Positions 8,304 to 17,118 of a stretch of DNA of 22,011 nucleotides are shown here, piece by piece. The position numbers were made by a program, and so were the translations under genes. Under the pieces are notes generated by a model. It saw only the letters and a program-made list of their open reading frames with translations, was not told where the DNA came from and ran no database searches. The stretch comes from Pseudomonadota bacterium (GTDB lineage Bacteria > Myxococcota > JACRCW01 > JAFGSX01), in contig JBDRCO010000112.1 in the NCBI GenBank assembly GCA_043821645.1, forward strand, positions 1-22,011, written 5' to 3'. Positions within the stretch are counted from its first letter, which is position 1; each line of letters begins with the position of its first letter.

Positions 8304-8367
8304 TGGAGTAAAGCGGCCGGCCTGAGTGCGAATCGAGCGCCCCACCCGGCCACAGGGGCGGGCCGGA

Positions 8368-10062
8368 TCAGAGCAACGGGCAGTAGACGCACAGCTCGCT
8401 TCCATAGCCAGCGACGGTCCCCCTGAAGAACAGGCAGTTGCCGGCGACCACAAAGGTCTTTGGATCGAGGCTGGCGGCGCCGGGGTTCTTGTCCTCGATG
8501 AGCGTGGTCACCTTCGCGCTGATGTCGTACTCGAACAACTCGTTGCCGGTGACCCCGTCGTTGGCATGGAAGATGACCTTGTCGCCGATGATCGCCTTGG
8601 ACTGGATGTTGGACGACGTTGGACCCGGGTTGGCCTCGGCGACCATGTAGGTTCCTGCCAGCGTGCCGTCGGAGATCCACATCTCCCCCGGTGTGCTGCC
8701 GACGTCCGCCAGGAAGACAAAGTGCTGGTCCCCTCCCAGGAACTCCCTGGGGTTGCCGTGCCCGGTGTCGTTCAGGTCGATCAGCAAGCTGGTGCCGGCA
8801 AAGGTGCCGTCGGACTTGAAGATCTCATGCTCCACCACCACGTGCATGCTGGAGTCGTACTGCGTGCCGCGGAAGAAGATGGAGCCATTGGCGGTGATGA
8901 CCTGGTTGTCCTCCACCATGAAGACCTCGTTGGTCTGGGTGTTGGCCAGAGCCAGCGCGGTGACCGCCTGGGTGCCGTCGGTCGTCACACAGCCTTCGTC
9001 GCAGACCCAGAGCTTGCTGCCATACTCGAAGACCACCGACGGGGCTGGAGAGTGGGAGCCGCCGCCGAAATCAAAGGTCAACATCTCCACGCTGCCACCG
9101 GCAATGTCATAGGCCCCGTACCCGTTCACCGTCGTGTTGAAGATCTCCATCAGCAGCTTGCCGCTGTAAAGGTAGGGAAGGTTGACGTTGGTGCTGTCGG
9201 TGCCGGGGGTGTCGTTGAGCACGATCTCCACGTTGCTCAGTGGGAGGCCAAATCGGAACAGCTCCCCACCCTCGGCCGCCGTGCTTCCCTCGACGTAGAG
9301 TCTGCTGGTGCCCGCAACCAGGAAGGTGCCGTTGAGATCCAGGTTGGCTCCTCCGTACTGAAGCAGTCCCTGATTCGATGTTCCACCCGGGGTGCCGTCC
9401 GTCTCCCACAGGTAGTACGACGGCCAGGGGTAGCCCGACTGGATGATGTACAGCGTGTCGTTGAACACGGTCCAGGTCTCCAGGTTGATGTTCTGGTCGA
9501 TCAGCACGACGGTTCCCTGCTCGGTCCCGTCCGAGACCCAGATGCTCTGCGCGGGCCCCTGAAACACGACCTTGTTGCCGAGCGCGATCATCCGGGCGTT
9601 GGTGTCCATGCCGCTGCCCTGGGAATCGGTGTCGAGCACCCGGATGATCCCGGTGGCTGCGTCCTCGGTGCCGGTTCCGGCGTCGAGAGACGCCGAGTCC
9701 GGAGTCGCGGCATCCGCAGCGGCAACATCCGCACTGGTGACATCGGCTGCGGCGACATCCACGGAGGCGACATCCGCAGCGGTGACATCTCCTGTGGCGG
9801 TGTCTGCTGTGGCGGTGTCAGGCAGTCTACCATCGGTGACGACGACATCTGCCGTGGTCGCGTCCGCGGTGGTACTGGAGTCGCCGACCATCATGTCGGG
9901 CGAACCAGCGTCTGCATTCGCTGAATCCTGGTAGGCGGCGTCGGAGCTCGCCGCATCACTGCCGGGATTTCCGCCTCCATCTTTCTGGGTCTCGGGAGCC
10001 GGACACCCCGTCATGGCCAACAGGCCCAACAACCAAGCAGCTGAAAAGAGAGCAGATCGCAT
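8368..10062 (-). CDS. Lipoprotein with acidic Ala/Asp/Thr linker and ELWxxDGT-repeat domain, 564 aa
   Basis: Lipobox LLAMTGC. Repeats IWVSDGT, LWETDGT, IFKSDGT, EMWISDGT, and GxEL motifs. Confidence 0.9.
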   Translation of the reverse strand: MRSALFSAAWLLGLLAMTGCPAPETQKDGGGNPGSDAASSDAAYQDSANADAGSPDMMVGDSSTTADATTADVVVTDGRLPDTATADTATGDVTAADVASVDVAAADVTSADVAAADAATPDSASLDAGTGTEDAATGIIRVLDTDSQGSGMDTNARMIALGNKVVFQGPAQSIWVSDGTEQGTVVLIDQNINLETWTVFNDTLYIIQSGYPWPSYYLWETDGTPGGTSNQGLLQYGGANLDLNGTFLVAGTSRLYVEGSTAAEGGELFRFGLPLSNVEIVLNDTPGTDSTNVNLPYLYSGKLLMEIFNTTVNGYGAYDIAGGSVEMLTFDFGGGSHSPAPSVVFEYGSKLWVCDEGCVTTDGTQAVTALALANTQTNEVFMVEDNQVITANGSIFFRGTQYDSSMHVVVEHEIFKSDGTFAGTSLLIDLNDTGHGNPREFLGGDQHFVFLADVGSTPGEMWISDGTLAGTYMVAEANPGPTSSNIQSKAIIGDKVIFHANDGVTGNELFEYDISAKVTTLIEDKNPGAASLDPKTFVVAGNCLFFRGTVAGYGSELCVYCPLL

Positions 10063-10135
10063 GTGTACCCCCTGTGATGTTCGCCACACTATGAGTCATA
10101 AACGATACGCTAGCCCGCACGGTGGTCGTTGACGA

Positions 10136-10158
10136 GGAGAAAAAGGTGTCGAGCCTGG
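10136..10158 (-). repeat. Junction motif copy, minus strand (CCAGGCTCGACACCTTTTTCTCC)
   Basis: GACACC-TTTT core. Intergenic and facing the ELWxxDGT gene, but lacks the G run. Confidence 0.5.
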
Positions 10159-10301
10159 CGTGCCCGGGTTGGCGTGGGTGGGTGAGGTGACGGGACGTGG
10201 GGGCAGAGTTCGAGGCGCGAGCTGCTGGAAGAGTGTGCGCACTCGGGCAAAATTCGAGCCTAACGGCGCTAGATGTCATGCTGCCTGGCAACGGAGGTTA
10301 G

Positions 10302-10530
10302 ATGCCTGACGACGCCCGTCTGAAACGCGGCCTTGGAGCCCTGCTCGGTCACTATCGCGCGCTCGAATGCTCCCTCGAGTTGTCCACCAGCGACGGCTCA
10401 CACTGACCACTGCGCTGCTCAGCGCGCTCACCGCACAGGCCTAGGCGCAAGGTGTCGACGAGCGCGCGCTCGATGCGTTGCGGCTGCAGGCTGCGTGTCT
10501 GTCGGGCGAGGGCACCGCGCCATCCGAGAC
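10302..10530 (+). pseudogene. Possible degraded small gene
   Basis: GGAGG-N4-ATG then MPDDARLKRGLGALLGHYRALECSLELS..., stop at 10406. Protein-like text continues in another frame with an internal TAG. Confidence 0.25.
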
Positions 10531-10588
10531 CGGGCCCGCCGCCGCCAGCAACCCCCCGAATGGTGCCAGCCGAGTGTTCGGGGGTGCC

Positions 10589-11419
10589 TCAGCCGGGCGT
10601 GCCGGCCCCGGCGCTGGCGGTGCTCGCACCGGGCGTGGTCATCACCTCGCCGCTGGGCGCGATGGTGGTGTTCTCGAGCATCAGGTCGGCGGGCACCTCG
10701 CCCGAGGCCGCGCGCTTGCGGCTCTCGACCTTGGCCTCGCTCATGGCCTTGCTCAGGTGCAGCAGCAGGTCCTGACCCCTGTGCATCATGTCGGCGTCGT
10801 CGAGCAGCGAGCCCTGGTCGGCGGCGGCGCTGGCGGCGTGGCTGATCTTCTCGAAGATGTCGACCAGGCGCGTGTGCAGCTCGCCCACCTTGACCCGGGC
10901 CAGCGAGTCCTCGGCCTTCTCGCGCGCCACGTCGCCGCTGGCCTTCTCGAGCTCGGCGAGCACCTTGGCCGGGAAGCTGAGCACGGCGTCCATGGCGCCG
11001 AGCTTTTTGAAGCTGTCGCGGTGCGGGCCCACGCGCGCCTTCACCTCGACCAGAAAGTCCTTCATCTCCTTGACCGAGCTGGGCGAGCCCAGGCCGTAGC
11101 CGGCGGCCTGCAGCAGCACCGCGCGCCGGGTGGCGGTGGCCTGGCGGGCCATGCTGGTCATCATGCTGCGCCAGGTCACCACCTTGGACATGAGCGCATC
11201 GCGGGTGCGAATGGCGTCCGAGGTCTCGGCCTGCTCGCGCAGCAGCGCATCAAAGGTGTCGCGATAGGCGGTGATGTCGCGCTCGAGGTCGGCAAACCAG
11301 GTGTCGCCCATGCTGGCGGACATGAAGCCGTTGAACCAGCTGCGGTGCTTGTCCAGCGGCGCGCGGGTCATGGCGCTGTAAAAGTACAGGTCTAAAAGGC
11401 TGGTGTTGTCGAGATACAT
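10589..11419 (-). CDS. Hypothetical alpha-helical protein, 276 aa
   Basis: GAGGGAGGA RBS, strong GC3 bias, amphipathic helical composition and a low-complexity tail. Confidence 0.85.
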   Translation of the reverse strand: MYLDNTSLLDLYFYSAMTRAPLDKHRSWFNGFMSASMGDTWFADLERDITAYRDTFDALLREQAETSDAIRTRDALMSKVVTWRSMMTSMARQATATRRAVLLQAAGYGLGSPSSVKEMKDFLVEVKARVGPHRDSFKKLGAMDAVLSFPAKVLAELEKASGDVAREKAEDSLARVKVGELHTRLVDIFEKISHAASAAADQGSLLDDADMMHRGQDLLLHLSKAMSEAKVESRKRAASGEVPADLMLENTTIAPSGEVMTTPGASTASAGAGTPG

Positions 11420-11506
11420 GCTGTCCTCCCTCTCGCGCCTGTTGTTCAGGCGCGGCCAGTGGGCCCGCAGGCCCGGTTAACGATGGGGTGGCCTGGGCCC
11501 TTGCAT

Positions 11507-11682
11507 TCGCCGGGTGCCCAGGGTGGGGTCTCCGGGTGCCGAGATGGGGGTCGCCGGGTACCTAGATCGGGGTCGCCAGGTGCCGAGATCGGAGTCGCCG
11601 GGTACCGAGACGGGGGTCGCCGGGTGCCGAGATGGGGGTCGCCGGGTGCCGAGCTCGGGGTCGCCGGGTGCCGAGCTCGGGG
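11507..11682. repeat. Tandem repeat, 8 x 22 bp (TCGCCGGGTGCCGAGATGGGGG consensus)
   Basis: Eight contiguous units counted, no spacers. Confidence 0.95.
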
Positions 11683-11740
11683 TCTGGCAGTGGCTGCGTG
11701 GCCTCCCGGGTCCGCATCGTGGGGTCCAGGGACTGCTCCG

Positions 11741-11835
11741 GTGGGGTCTCCGGCTGCCTCCGTGGGGTCTCCAGGTGCCTCCGTGGGGTCTCCAGGTGCC
11801 TTCGTGGGGTCTCCGGCTGCCTTCGTGGGGTCTCC
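11741..11835. repeat. Tandem repeat, ~4.5 x 21 bp (GTGGGGTCTCCRGSTGCCTYC)
   Basis: Units start at 11741, 11762, 11783, 11804 and 11825. Confidence 0.95.
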
Positions 11836-12072
11836 CCCCGGCCGCACGCGGGCCTCCCCTGCCCTGTCACAAGGGCATGAAAAGACAAGGCAATGCCTGT
11901 AACCAGACCCCCCAAAACAGCCCGTCCCCCTGCCCTGGCAGTCCGCTGATCGCCAAGGCGGGCATTTGTCTACGATCGCTGGGTTTCTGGATCAACCCAA
12001 AATTGTTCTGGGGGGCCGAGAGGATTGGCAAGTTGTTGTTATTGCTTGTGGTATGGTCGTGTGGTCCTGGTC

Positions 12073-12107
12073 TGGATGGATAGGTGGGTGGCACGTTTCC
12101 GGGGGGA
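12073..12107 (+). repeat. Junction motif copy TGGATGGATAGGTGGGTGGCACGTTTCCGGGGGGA
   Basis: 31/35 identical to 5486-5520. Confidence 0.85.
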
Positions 12108-12198
12108 CCATCCTCGCGACGGCGGTTGTGACCCCATTCTCGTCCCGCATCTCCGCGCACACCTGCGCGCGACGCCTTGACTCACCAAAGGGAGGTGA

Positions 12199-12888
12199 TC
12201 AAGACAAGCCCTCCAGCGCCACCAGCTCGATACGTCCGCGGTGACATCGCACGGCGCCACGCTTCTGCAATCGCCTGAGCGCTCGCGACACATTGGCCCT
12301 GGTGGCGCCAAGGTGCTGGCCTAGCTCCTCGTGGGTCAGGCGCAACTCGCGCTGGCCGCGTGCCTTTTTCGCAAGATAGGCAACCAGCCGCCTGTCCAGC
12401 CCCTCGAAGCGTAGCGCCTCGACTTCGTCGGTGAGCCTGGCCAGCAGATCCGCCAGGTGCGCCACCATGCGCAGGCCGAGCTCTGGATTCGCGGCCACCG
12501 CCTGGCGAAGCGCGATACCCGGGAGCACAGCGATCGCGAGCTCCGGGCCGGCAACGACGTCGGCACTGTGGCGCGCGCCGGCCACGGTGGACAAACCTAC
12601 CAGCTCGGTCGGCCCGAGTGTGCGCAGTAGTATGCGCGCGCCGCGAGCCGTGTTGCGGCAGATGTCGACGCGCCCGGCCAGTACCACGACCACGGCGTCG
12701 GCCGTCTCGTCCCGGGCCCACAGCAGCTGGCCGCGAGGCGGTTGTCGCAGCACCGCGCGCTTCGCCAGGTCGCGCAGTGCCGCCTCGCCCAGCGTGTCGA
12801 GCGGAGTCGCGCACTGCAGGCGGCGCCACAGCTCCGGTGCGGGCCTTGCCAGTAGGTCCTCCTGCCTTGTGCGCGTTATGTGCCGCAC
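12199..12888 (-). CDS. Crp/Fnr family transcriptional regulator
   Basis: cNMP-binding-like domain (VVLAGRVDI...LGPTELVGLS) and C-terminal HTH LTHEELGQHLGATRANVSRAL. Start uncertain: ATG 12918, GTG 12888, or CTG 12852 after AGGAGG. Confidence 0.9.
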   Translation of the reverse strand: MRHITRTRQEDLLARPAPELWRRLQCATPLDTLGEAALRDLAKRAVLRQPPRGQLLWARDETADAVVVVLAGRVDICRNTARGARILLRTLGPTELVGLSTVAGARHSADVVAGPELAIAVLPGIALRQAVAANPELGLRMVAHLADLLARLTDEVEALRFEGLDRRLVAYLAKKARGQRELRLTHEELGQHLGATRANVSRALRRLQKRGAVRCHRGRIELVALEGLS

Positions 12889-12942
12889 GGCACCGTTCTT
12901 GACGCCAGCTTGCCGCATTCTGGTCGTGGAGGGAACCCAGCC

Positions 12943-13953
12943 ATGCGACGCATTCGAGCCAAGCCTTCAGAGTTTCTTGTGGTGAGCCGCAACGGCCTGC
13001 TGCGCAATGTGGGACTGGGCGGGCGCGCCTGGCTGTGGCCTGGCGTGGCCGCGGTGCGCGTACCTGGCAGCAAGCAGGAAACCCTGTTCGCCATGACCCA
13101 GGAGACCCGCGACGGCATCCCTCTGCGCTTCAAGGGTGAGGTGCAATTTCGTGTCGTGGATCCGGTGCAGGCGGCGGCCTGCTTTGATTTCGGTGACAGT
13201 GCCGGCCTCGAGCAGCTCAAGAACATGGTGTGCCACGTGTGCCTGGGCGAGCTGCGCGACCTCGTGTCGCACATGACCTTGCAGGACTGCGTCGAGGGGC
13301 GAAAGTCGACCTTGGCCCAGGGGGTGGCCACGGCTCTGTCGCGGGTGGCCGGAGCGGATCCAGGCGCGGGGACTGGCTGGGGGATCGCGGTAGAGCTGGT
13401 GCAGGTGGCGCAGGTGTTCATCGTCGATGACGATCTGCGGGCACAGCTCGAGGCGGAGCTCCGGGACGAAATCGCGGCGCGCAGCGAGCGCTCCCACATC
13501 GACCTCGAAGAAACCCTGGCTCAGGCGCGGAATAGTTCTCAGCAGCGTTTGCTGGTTCAGCAGTTGGAGGCGGATCGGGCACAGCAGCAGGCCGATCTCG
13601 AACGCCTGCACCTGGAACGTGGCCTCGAACGTGAGCGTATTCTCAGCGCCGCGCCCGTACGCCAGCTCGAGCTCGAAAGACAGAGCGACCTGATGGAACT
13701 CGAGATTGCCGTGCGGCGTCTGGCCAATCGCTTGCGCCAGCTCGAGGTCGAGGGCGACATGCTGGACAAGCGCTCCCTGCAGGAACTGGAACGCGAGATC
13801 TTGCCCCTGCGCCAGGTACCCGAGGTGGCGCGTGCACTGGGCGGAATGTTCAACGGTGCGCACCTGTCTCTGGTCGGGGCGGACGATGCCGTGTTGACCA
13901 GTCTTGCTCCCCTGGTGGATCTGCTGGCGCAGCGCCTGCGGCCCGGAAGCTGA
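12943..13953 (+). CDS. SPFH/Band 7/flotillin domain protein, 336 aa
   Basis: GGAGG RBS. AKPSEFLV, TRDGIPLRFKGEVQFRVVDP and WGIAVELVQV, followed by a coiled coil. Confidence 0.88.
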   Translation: MRRIRAKPSEFLVVSRNGLLRNVGLGGRAWLWPGVAAVRVPGSKQETLFAMTQETRDGIPLRFKGEVQFRVVDPVQAAACFDFGDSAGLEQLKNMVCHVCLGELRDLVSHMTLQDCVEGRKSTLAQGVATALSRVAGADPGAGTGWGIAVELVQVAQVFIVDDDLRAQLEAELRDEIAARSERSHIDLEETLAQARNSSQQRLLVQQLEADRAQQQADLERLHLERGLERERILSAAPVRQLELERQSDLMELEIAVRRLANRLRQLEVEGDMLDKRSLQELEREILPLRQVPEVARALGGMFNGAHLSLVGADDAVLTSLAPLVDLLAQRLRPGS

Positions 13954-14046
13954 GTGCGGGCGCTGGGGGTGGACTGCGCTGGAGGGAGTCGTCTGGAAAG
14001 ACGACGGGAAGAAAAGTGAGGACTCCCGTCAGCGCCGTCGCGACCC

Positions 14047-14157
14047 TCATCTCGCCGTGAAGTACTGCCCCTCGAGGTCAATGGTGTAGTCCACGTCGAC
14101 GCTCGGTGCCGTACCCGCAACCAGGAACTGGTGAACCAGGACCTGCTTGCCTGAAGA
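14047..14157 (-). pseudogene. Orphan 3' gene fragment cut at the MITE-like element
   Basis: SSGKQVLVHQFLVAGTAPSVDVDYTIDLEGQYFTAR* with GC3-rich codons and no start. The 5' end abuts 14159. Confidence 0.45.
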
Positions 14158-14158
14158 A

Positions 14159-14293
14159 GGGGTCTGGCACTTACAATTACATTTTATTTATCAATCATTA
14201 CTATTTGTTATGCTGTCGTCTCGCGTTTTGTTGCATCTACCTTGACGAGCAAAAATCTGCATCCGGAAATTGTAATAGTAAGTGCCAGTCCCC
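14159..14293. mobile_element. 135-bp AT-rich MITE/REPIN-like element with 23-bp terminal inverted repeats related to the junction motif
   Basis: Left GGGGTCTGGCACTTACAATTACA versus right (reverse complement) GGGGACTGGCACTTACTATTACA, 21/23 identical. Confidence 0.75.
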
Positions 14294-14308
14294 CCCCGCT
14301 CCTCGACC

Positions 14309-15613
14309 TCAGGGAATGGGCATCGGACTCGCGGCCGGCTGGCGAAAAGCCAGGGCGAGGTACTTGAGATACCACCGTAGGCGGGGGTAGTTGACGCGGT
14401 CGCGCCGCGCGAGAAAGCGGACCAGAGCAAAGTAGTTGGCGTTGGTGTCGGCCGGGGCTGCATCAAACACCGGCTTGCCGCGAATGTGAGACATGATCGA
14501 CTTCGCTGCGTGGGCGTATGCCCATGGGGTCGAGGTGATCGTCTCCAGGACGCCAGGCGCGAGGATGAAGAGGTTCGGGGCGTCCAGCGCGAGAAAGTGC
14601 GAGCCACAGCGCCGGCCAATGTCGTCGAGATGCGTGAGCCGCGACAGGTCGCCCGCCTCCAGGTAGCTCAGATCCGTTGCGTAGCCTGTGCCCCACAGGA
14701 TGAGATCGGCGCGCCAAGACCGGCCCGAGGACAGCTGCACCGTGCTCCCTTCGATGCGCACAATCTCATCGCGGTGCCGCATGATCTGTCCCAGGTCCTG
14801 GATCATGCGCCGACGGCCAGGAATGAGCATCTGGTGCCCGAGGTCGATCGCTCTGTCGGGCAACAGCTCTTCGATACCCGCCTTCTTGTAGCGAGTGCGA
14901 AGATCCAGATTGGCTCGTTTGTTCATGGTCGCGAGCGAAGTGCCGAGCATCTGCATCTTCGCGAGCGCACGCAGGCTCGTGGCCTGATACTTCGGGCGCC
15001 GCGTGGGGAGCATCCACTTGAGCGAGCGATAGACCCAGGTGACGCTGCCCGCCTCCCGTTGCAGGCACAGCTCGAGGAGGTCGTATGCCGAGGCGCCGCC
15101 CCCGACCACGATCACGTCTTTTCCCGTGAGCTCGGCCGGATCCCGCAGCGCCGAGGAGTGATACTCGGTGAGCGTGGGGAGAACGCGCTCGACCTGTGGC
15201 ACCACGGGCCGATTGTGGCCACCTGTGGCGGCGATGAGGTATCTGGCGTGGAAGGAGTCGCTGCCGACACTCACCTCCCATCCGCCATCGCTCGGGCGAG
15301 CCGAACTCACCCGTGTGCGCAGGTGAATCGAGGGTGCAAGATCGAAACGCTCCACCCATGAGCAGATGTTGGCAAGGACGCTGGCTTGGTCCTCGCCAGC
15401 GATCGGCAAATCCCCCAGCGTCCAGTCCTCCTTGGGGATCTGCAGATCCTGCCAGGCGGGAAGATCGCGCCAGAGCCCGCCGACGGAATCTCCCTGCTCC
15501 AGCAGCACGGCATCGAGGCCGGCGTCCTTGGCGTACTTGAGGCTGATGAGGCCACCGATTCCGCCCCCGATGATGATCAGATCGTGCTCTCTCTCCACTC
15601 GCGTCGAGCCCAT
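14309..15613 (-). CDS. Flavin-containing monooxygenase-like NAD(P)/FAD-dependent oxidoreductase, 434 aa
   Basis: IIGGGIGG, GGLW, ATGG, YHSS, VVGGGASA and WGTGY motifs. GGGGAGGGG RBS. Confidence 0.9.
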   Translation of the reverse strand: MGSTRVEREHDLIIIGGGIGGLISLKYAKDAGLDAVLLEQGDSVGGLWRDLPAWQDLQIPKEDWTLGDLPIAGEDQASVLANICSWVERFDLAPSIHLRTRVSSARPSDGGWEVSVGSDSFHARYLIAATGGHNRPVVPQVERVLPTLTEYHSSALRDPAELTGKDVIVVGGGASAYDLLELCLQREAGSVTWVYRSLKWMLPTRRPKYQATSLRALAKMQMLGTSLATMNKRANLDLRTRYKKAGIEELLPDRAIDLGHQMLIPGRRRMIQDLGQIMRHRDEIVRIEGSTVQLSSGRSWRADLILWGTGYATDLSYLEAGDLSRLTHLDDIGRRCGSHFLALDAPNLFILAPGVLETITSTPWAYAHAAKSIMSHIRGKPVFDAAPADTNANYFALVRFLARRDRVNYPRLRWYLKYLALAFRQPAASPMPIP

Positions 15614-15731
15614 GAAATTCCCCTCCCCCAGCAGACAGAAAGCACGGAGCAGACGTGCAGCGTGGTTGTGGACGTGCTCAACACAGGATCCGTGATCATC
15701 TCAACGGTGGCCCCGTCGAGCAACGAGCAGA

Positions 15732-16130
15732 TTACTTGAAACTCGAATCGGTCTGCGTGGCCGCCCGGGACGGCGGCTCCTTGAGTTCCACGATCAGGAC
15801 GTGGGTATCGGTGGTGCCAACGTTCTCGCCGATGTGGACCTGGCGTTTCATCCAGATGACATCGCCGGTCTTGAACGCACGCGTCGACGAGGTCCCATCC
15901 GCGAAGGTGAGCTTTCTCTTGAAGGGCGCCAGCGCATAGAGAACGAAATCGCTGTGTTCGTGCTGATGGGTCTTGTCACCCGGTTTATCGTCATAGGTGA
16001 GGACGCGGACACGCTCGTTCTCCTGCACCAGCTTGTACTTGTCACCGTCCGTGACGAGGGGATCGGCGGCCAGCGCCACATGTTCCGCACCCAGAATCAT
16101 CAAGAACGATAGCAGGGAAAACTTGAACAT
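15732..16130 (-). CDS. Secreted cupin-domain protein, 132 aa
   Basis: Signal peptide, then ENERVRV...PGDKTHQHEH...GDVIW...HIGENVG. Confidence 0.85.
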   Translation of the reverse strand: MFKFSLLSFLMILGAEHVALAADPLVTDGDKYKLVQENERVRVLTYDDKPGDKTHQHEHSDFVLYALAPFKRKLTFADGTSSTRAFKTGDVIWMKRQVHIGENVGTTDTHVLIVELKEPPSRAATQTDSSFK

Positions 16131-16246
16131 CTCGGACACCCCCACACCGGTTTCACCGGCACCGCTGGAACCACTGCCTGCTACATACGCCGCGCCCCCC
16201 AAACAACAAGCGCGCTCAACCATCGCTTTCGAGCATCCAGGACCGG

Positions 16247-16276
16247 TGGATATGTGGCTGGCACCTTCGCGGGGGA
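16247..16276 (+). repeat. Junction motif copy TGGATATGTGGCTGGCACCTTCGCGGGGGA
   Basis: Same GATA-x-GTGG-x-TGGCAC...GGGGGA layout as 5486 and 12073. Confidence 0.8.
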
Positions 16277-16372
16277 CGGAGCGGACGTCGACGTCGACTC
16301 CCTCGTCCGGTGCGTCGCGTCGATGGCTCGGGCGGCTGCGCGCCTTGCTCGCTCTCAGTACATACCCAGGCC

Positions 16373-16927
16373 ATGGGAGTCCTCACCTTTGGCATCAACG
16401 TGACCCTGGACGGGTGCATCGATCACACGCAGGGGATCGTCGACGACGAGCTGCACGACTACTGGACGCGGCTCCTGGATCAGAGCGGGGCGATGCTCTT
16501 CGGACGCCACACCTACGAGCTGATGGAGGGGACCTGGCCCGCGGTGGCGCGCGAGGGCAAGGCGCCGCGCGCGCTGCGCGAGTGGGCACAGAAGCTCGAG
16601 GCGAAGGCAAAGTACGTCGTGTCGGGCTCGCGCAGCGACTTCCCGTGGCACAACACGACCAGGGTAGAGGGTGACCTGCGCGAGGCGATCGTGGCGCTGA
16701 AGGCGAAGACCGAGCGAGGTGTCCTCGTCGGTGCGCCCACGCTCGCGACGGCGCTCGAGGAGTGGGGGCTCATCGACGAGTACCGCCTCCTCGTTCATCC
16801 CGTCATCAGCGGCCGCGGGCCGACCCTGTTTCACGGCCTGTCGGGTACGCGGCAGCTCGAGCTCCTCTCGACGCAGCGGCTCCGGTCCGGCGCGCAGGCG
16901 CTGCACCTCCGTCGCCAGGTGGGGTGA
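16373..16927 (+). CDS. Dihydrofolate reductase family (RibD C-terminal domain) protein, 184 aa
   Basis: INVTLDG, LFGRHTYE, KYVVS and GLIDEYRLLVHPVISGRGPTLF. Confidence 0.92.
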   Translation: MGVLTFGINVTLDGCIDHTQGIVDDELHDYWTRLLDQSGAMLFGRHTYELMEGTWPAVAREGKAPRALREWAQKLEAKAKYVVSGSRSDFPWHNTTRVEGDLREAIVALKAKTERGVLVGAPTLATALEEWGLIDEYRLLVHPVISGRGPTLFHGLSGTRQLELLSTQRLRSGAQALHLRRQVG

Positions 16928-17065
16928 GCGCGGCAGAGGCCGGCTCTGTCCCCGCTGTCGTGAAGCCCGTGGCCTGGCAGCGACACTCGCCGGCCCCGCA
17001 AGATCCGCGCTTTTTTTTTCAACCAGCATGGGCGGTGACTCGTCGAGTCCGGCGAAGGAGCCACG

Positions 17066-17118
17066 GGAAGGTGCCAGGCACCTGTTCCGGGGAGCACCTT
17101 TATCGGGGGCACCTATTC
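17066..17118 (+). repeat. Junction motif with perfect palindrome AGGTGCC-A-GGCACCT and two further tandem units
   Basis: GGCACCTGTTCCGGG / GAGCACCTTTATCGGG / GGCACCTATTC, directly abutting the stop codon of the duplicated gene. Confidence 0.88.

Noticed and set aside
11507-11835. CRISPR array or repeat-protein CDS
   Set aside because: There are no unique spacers. The 22-bp period breaks frame, and the track ORFs here are Pro/Gly/Arg-rich artefacts.
16995-17020. Intrinsic terminator after the DHFR-like gene
   Set aside because: A T9 run is present, but the preceding stem is too weak to call.
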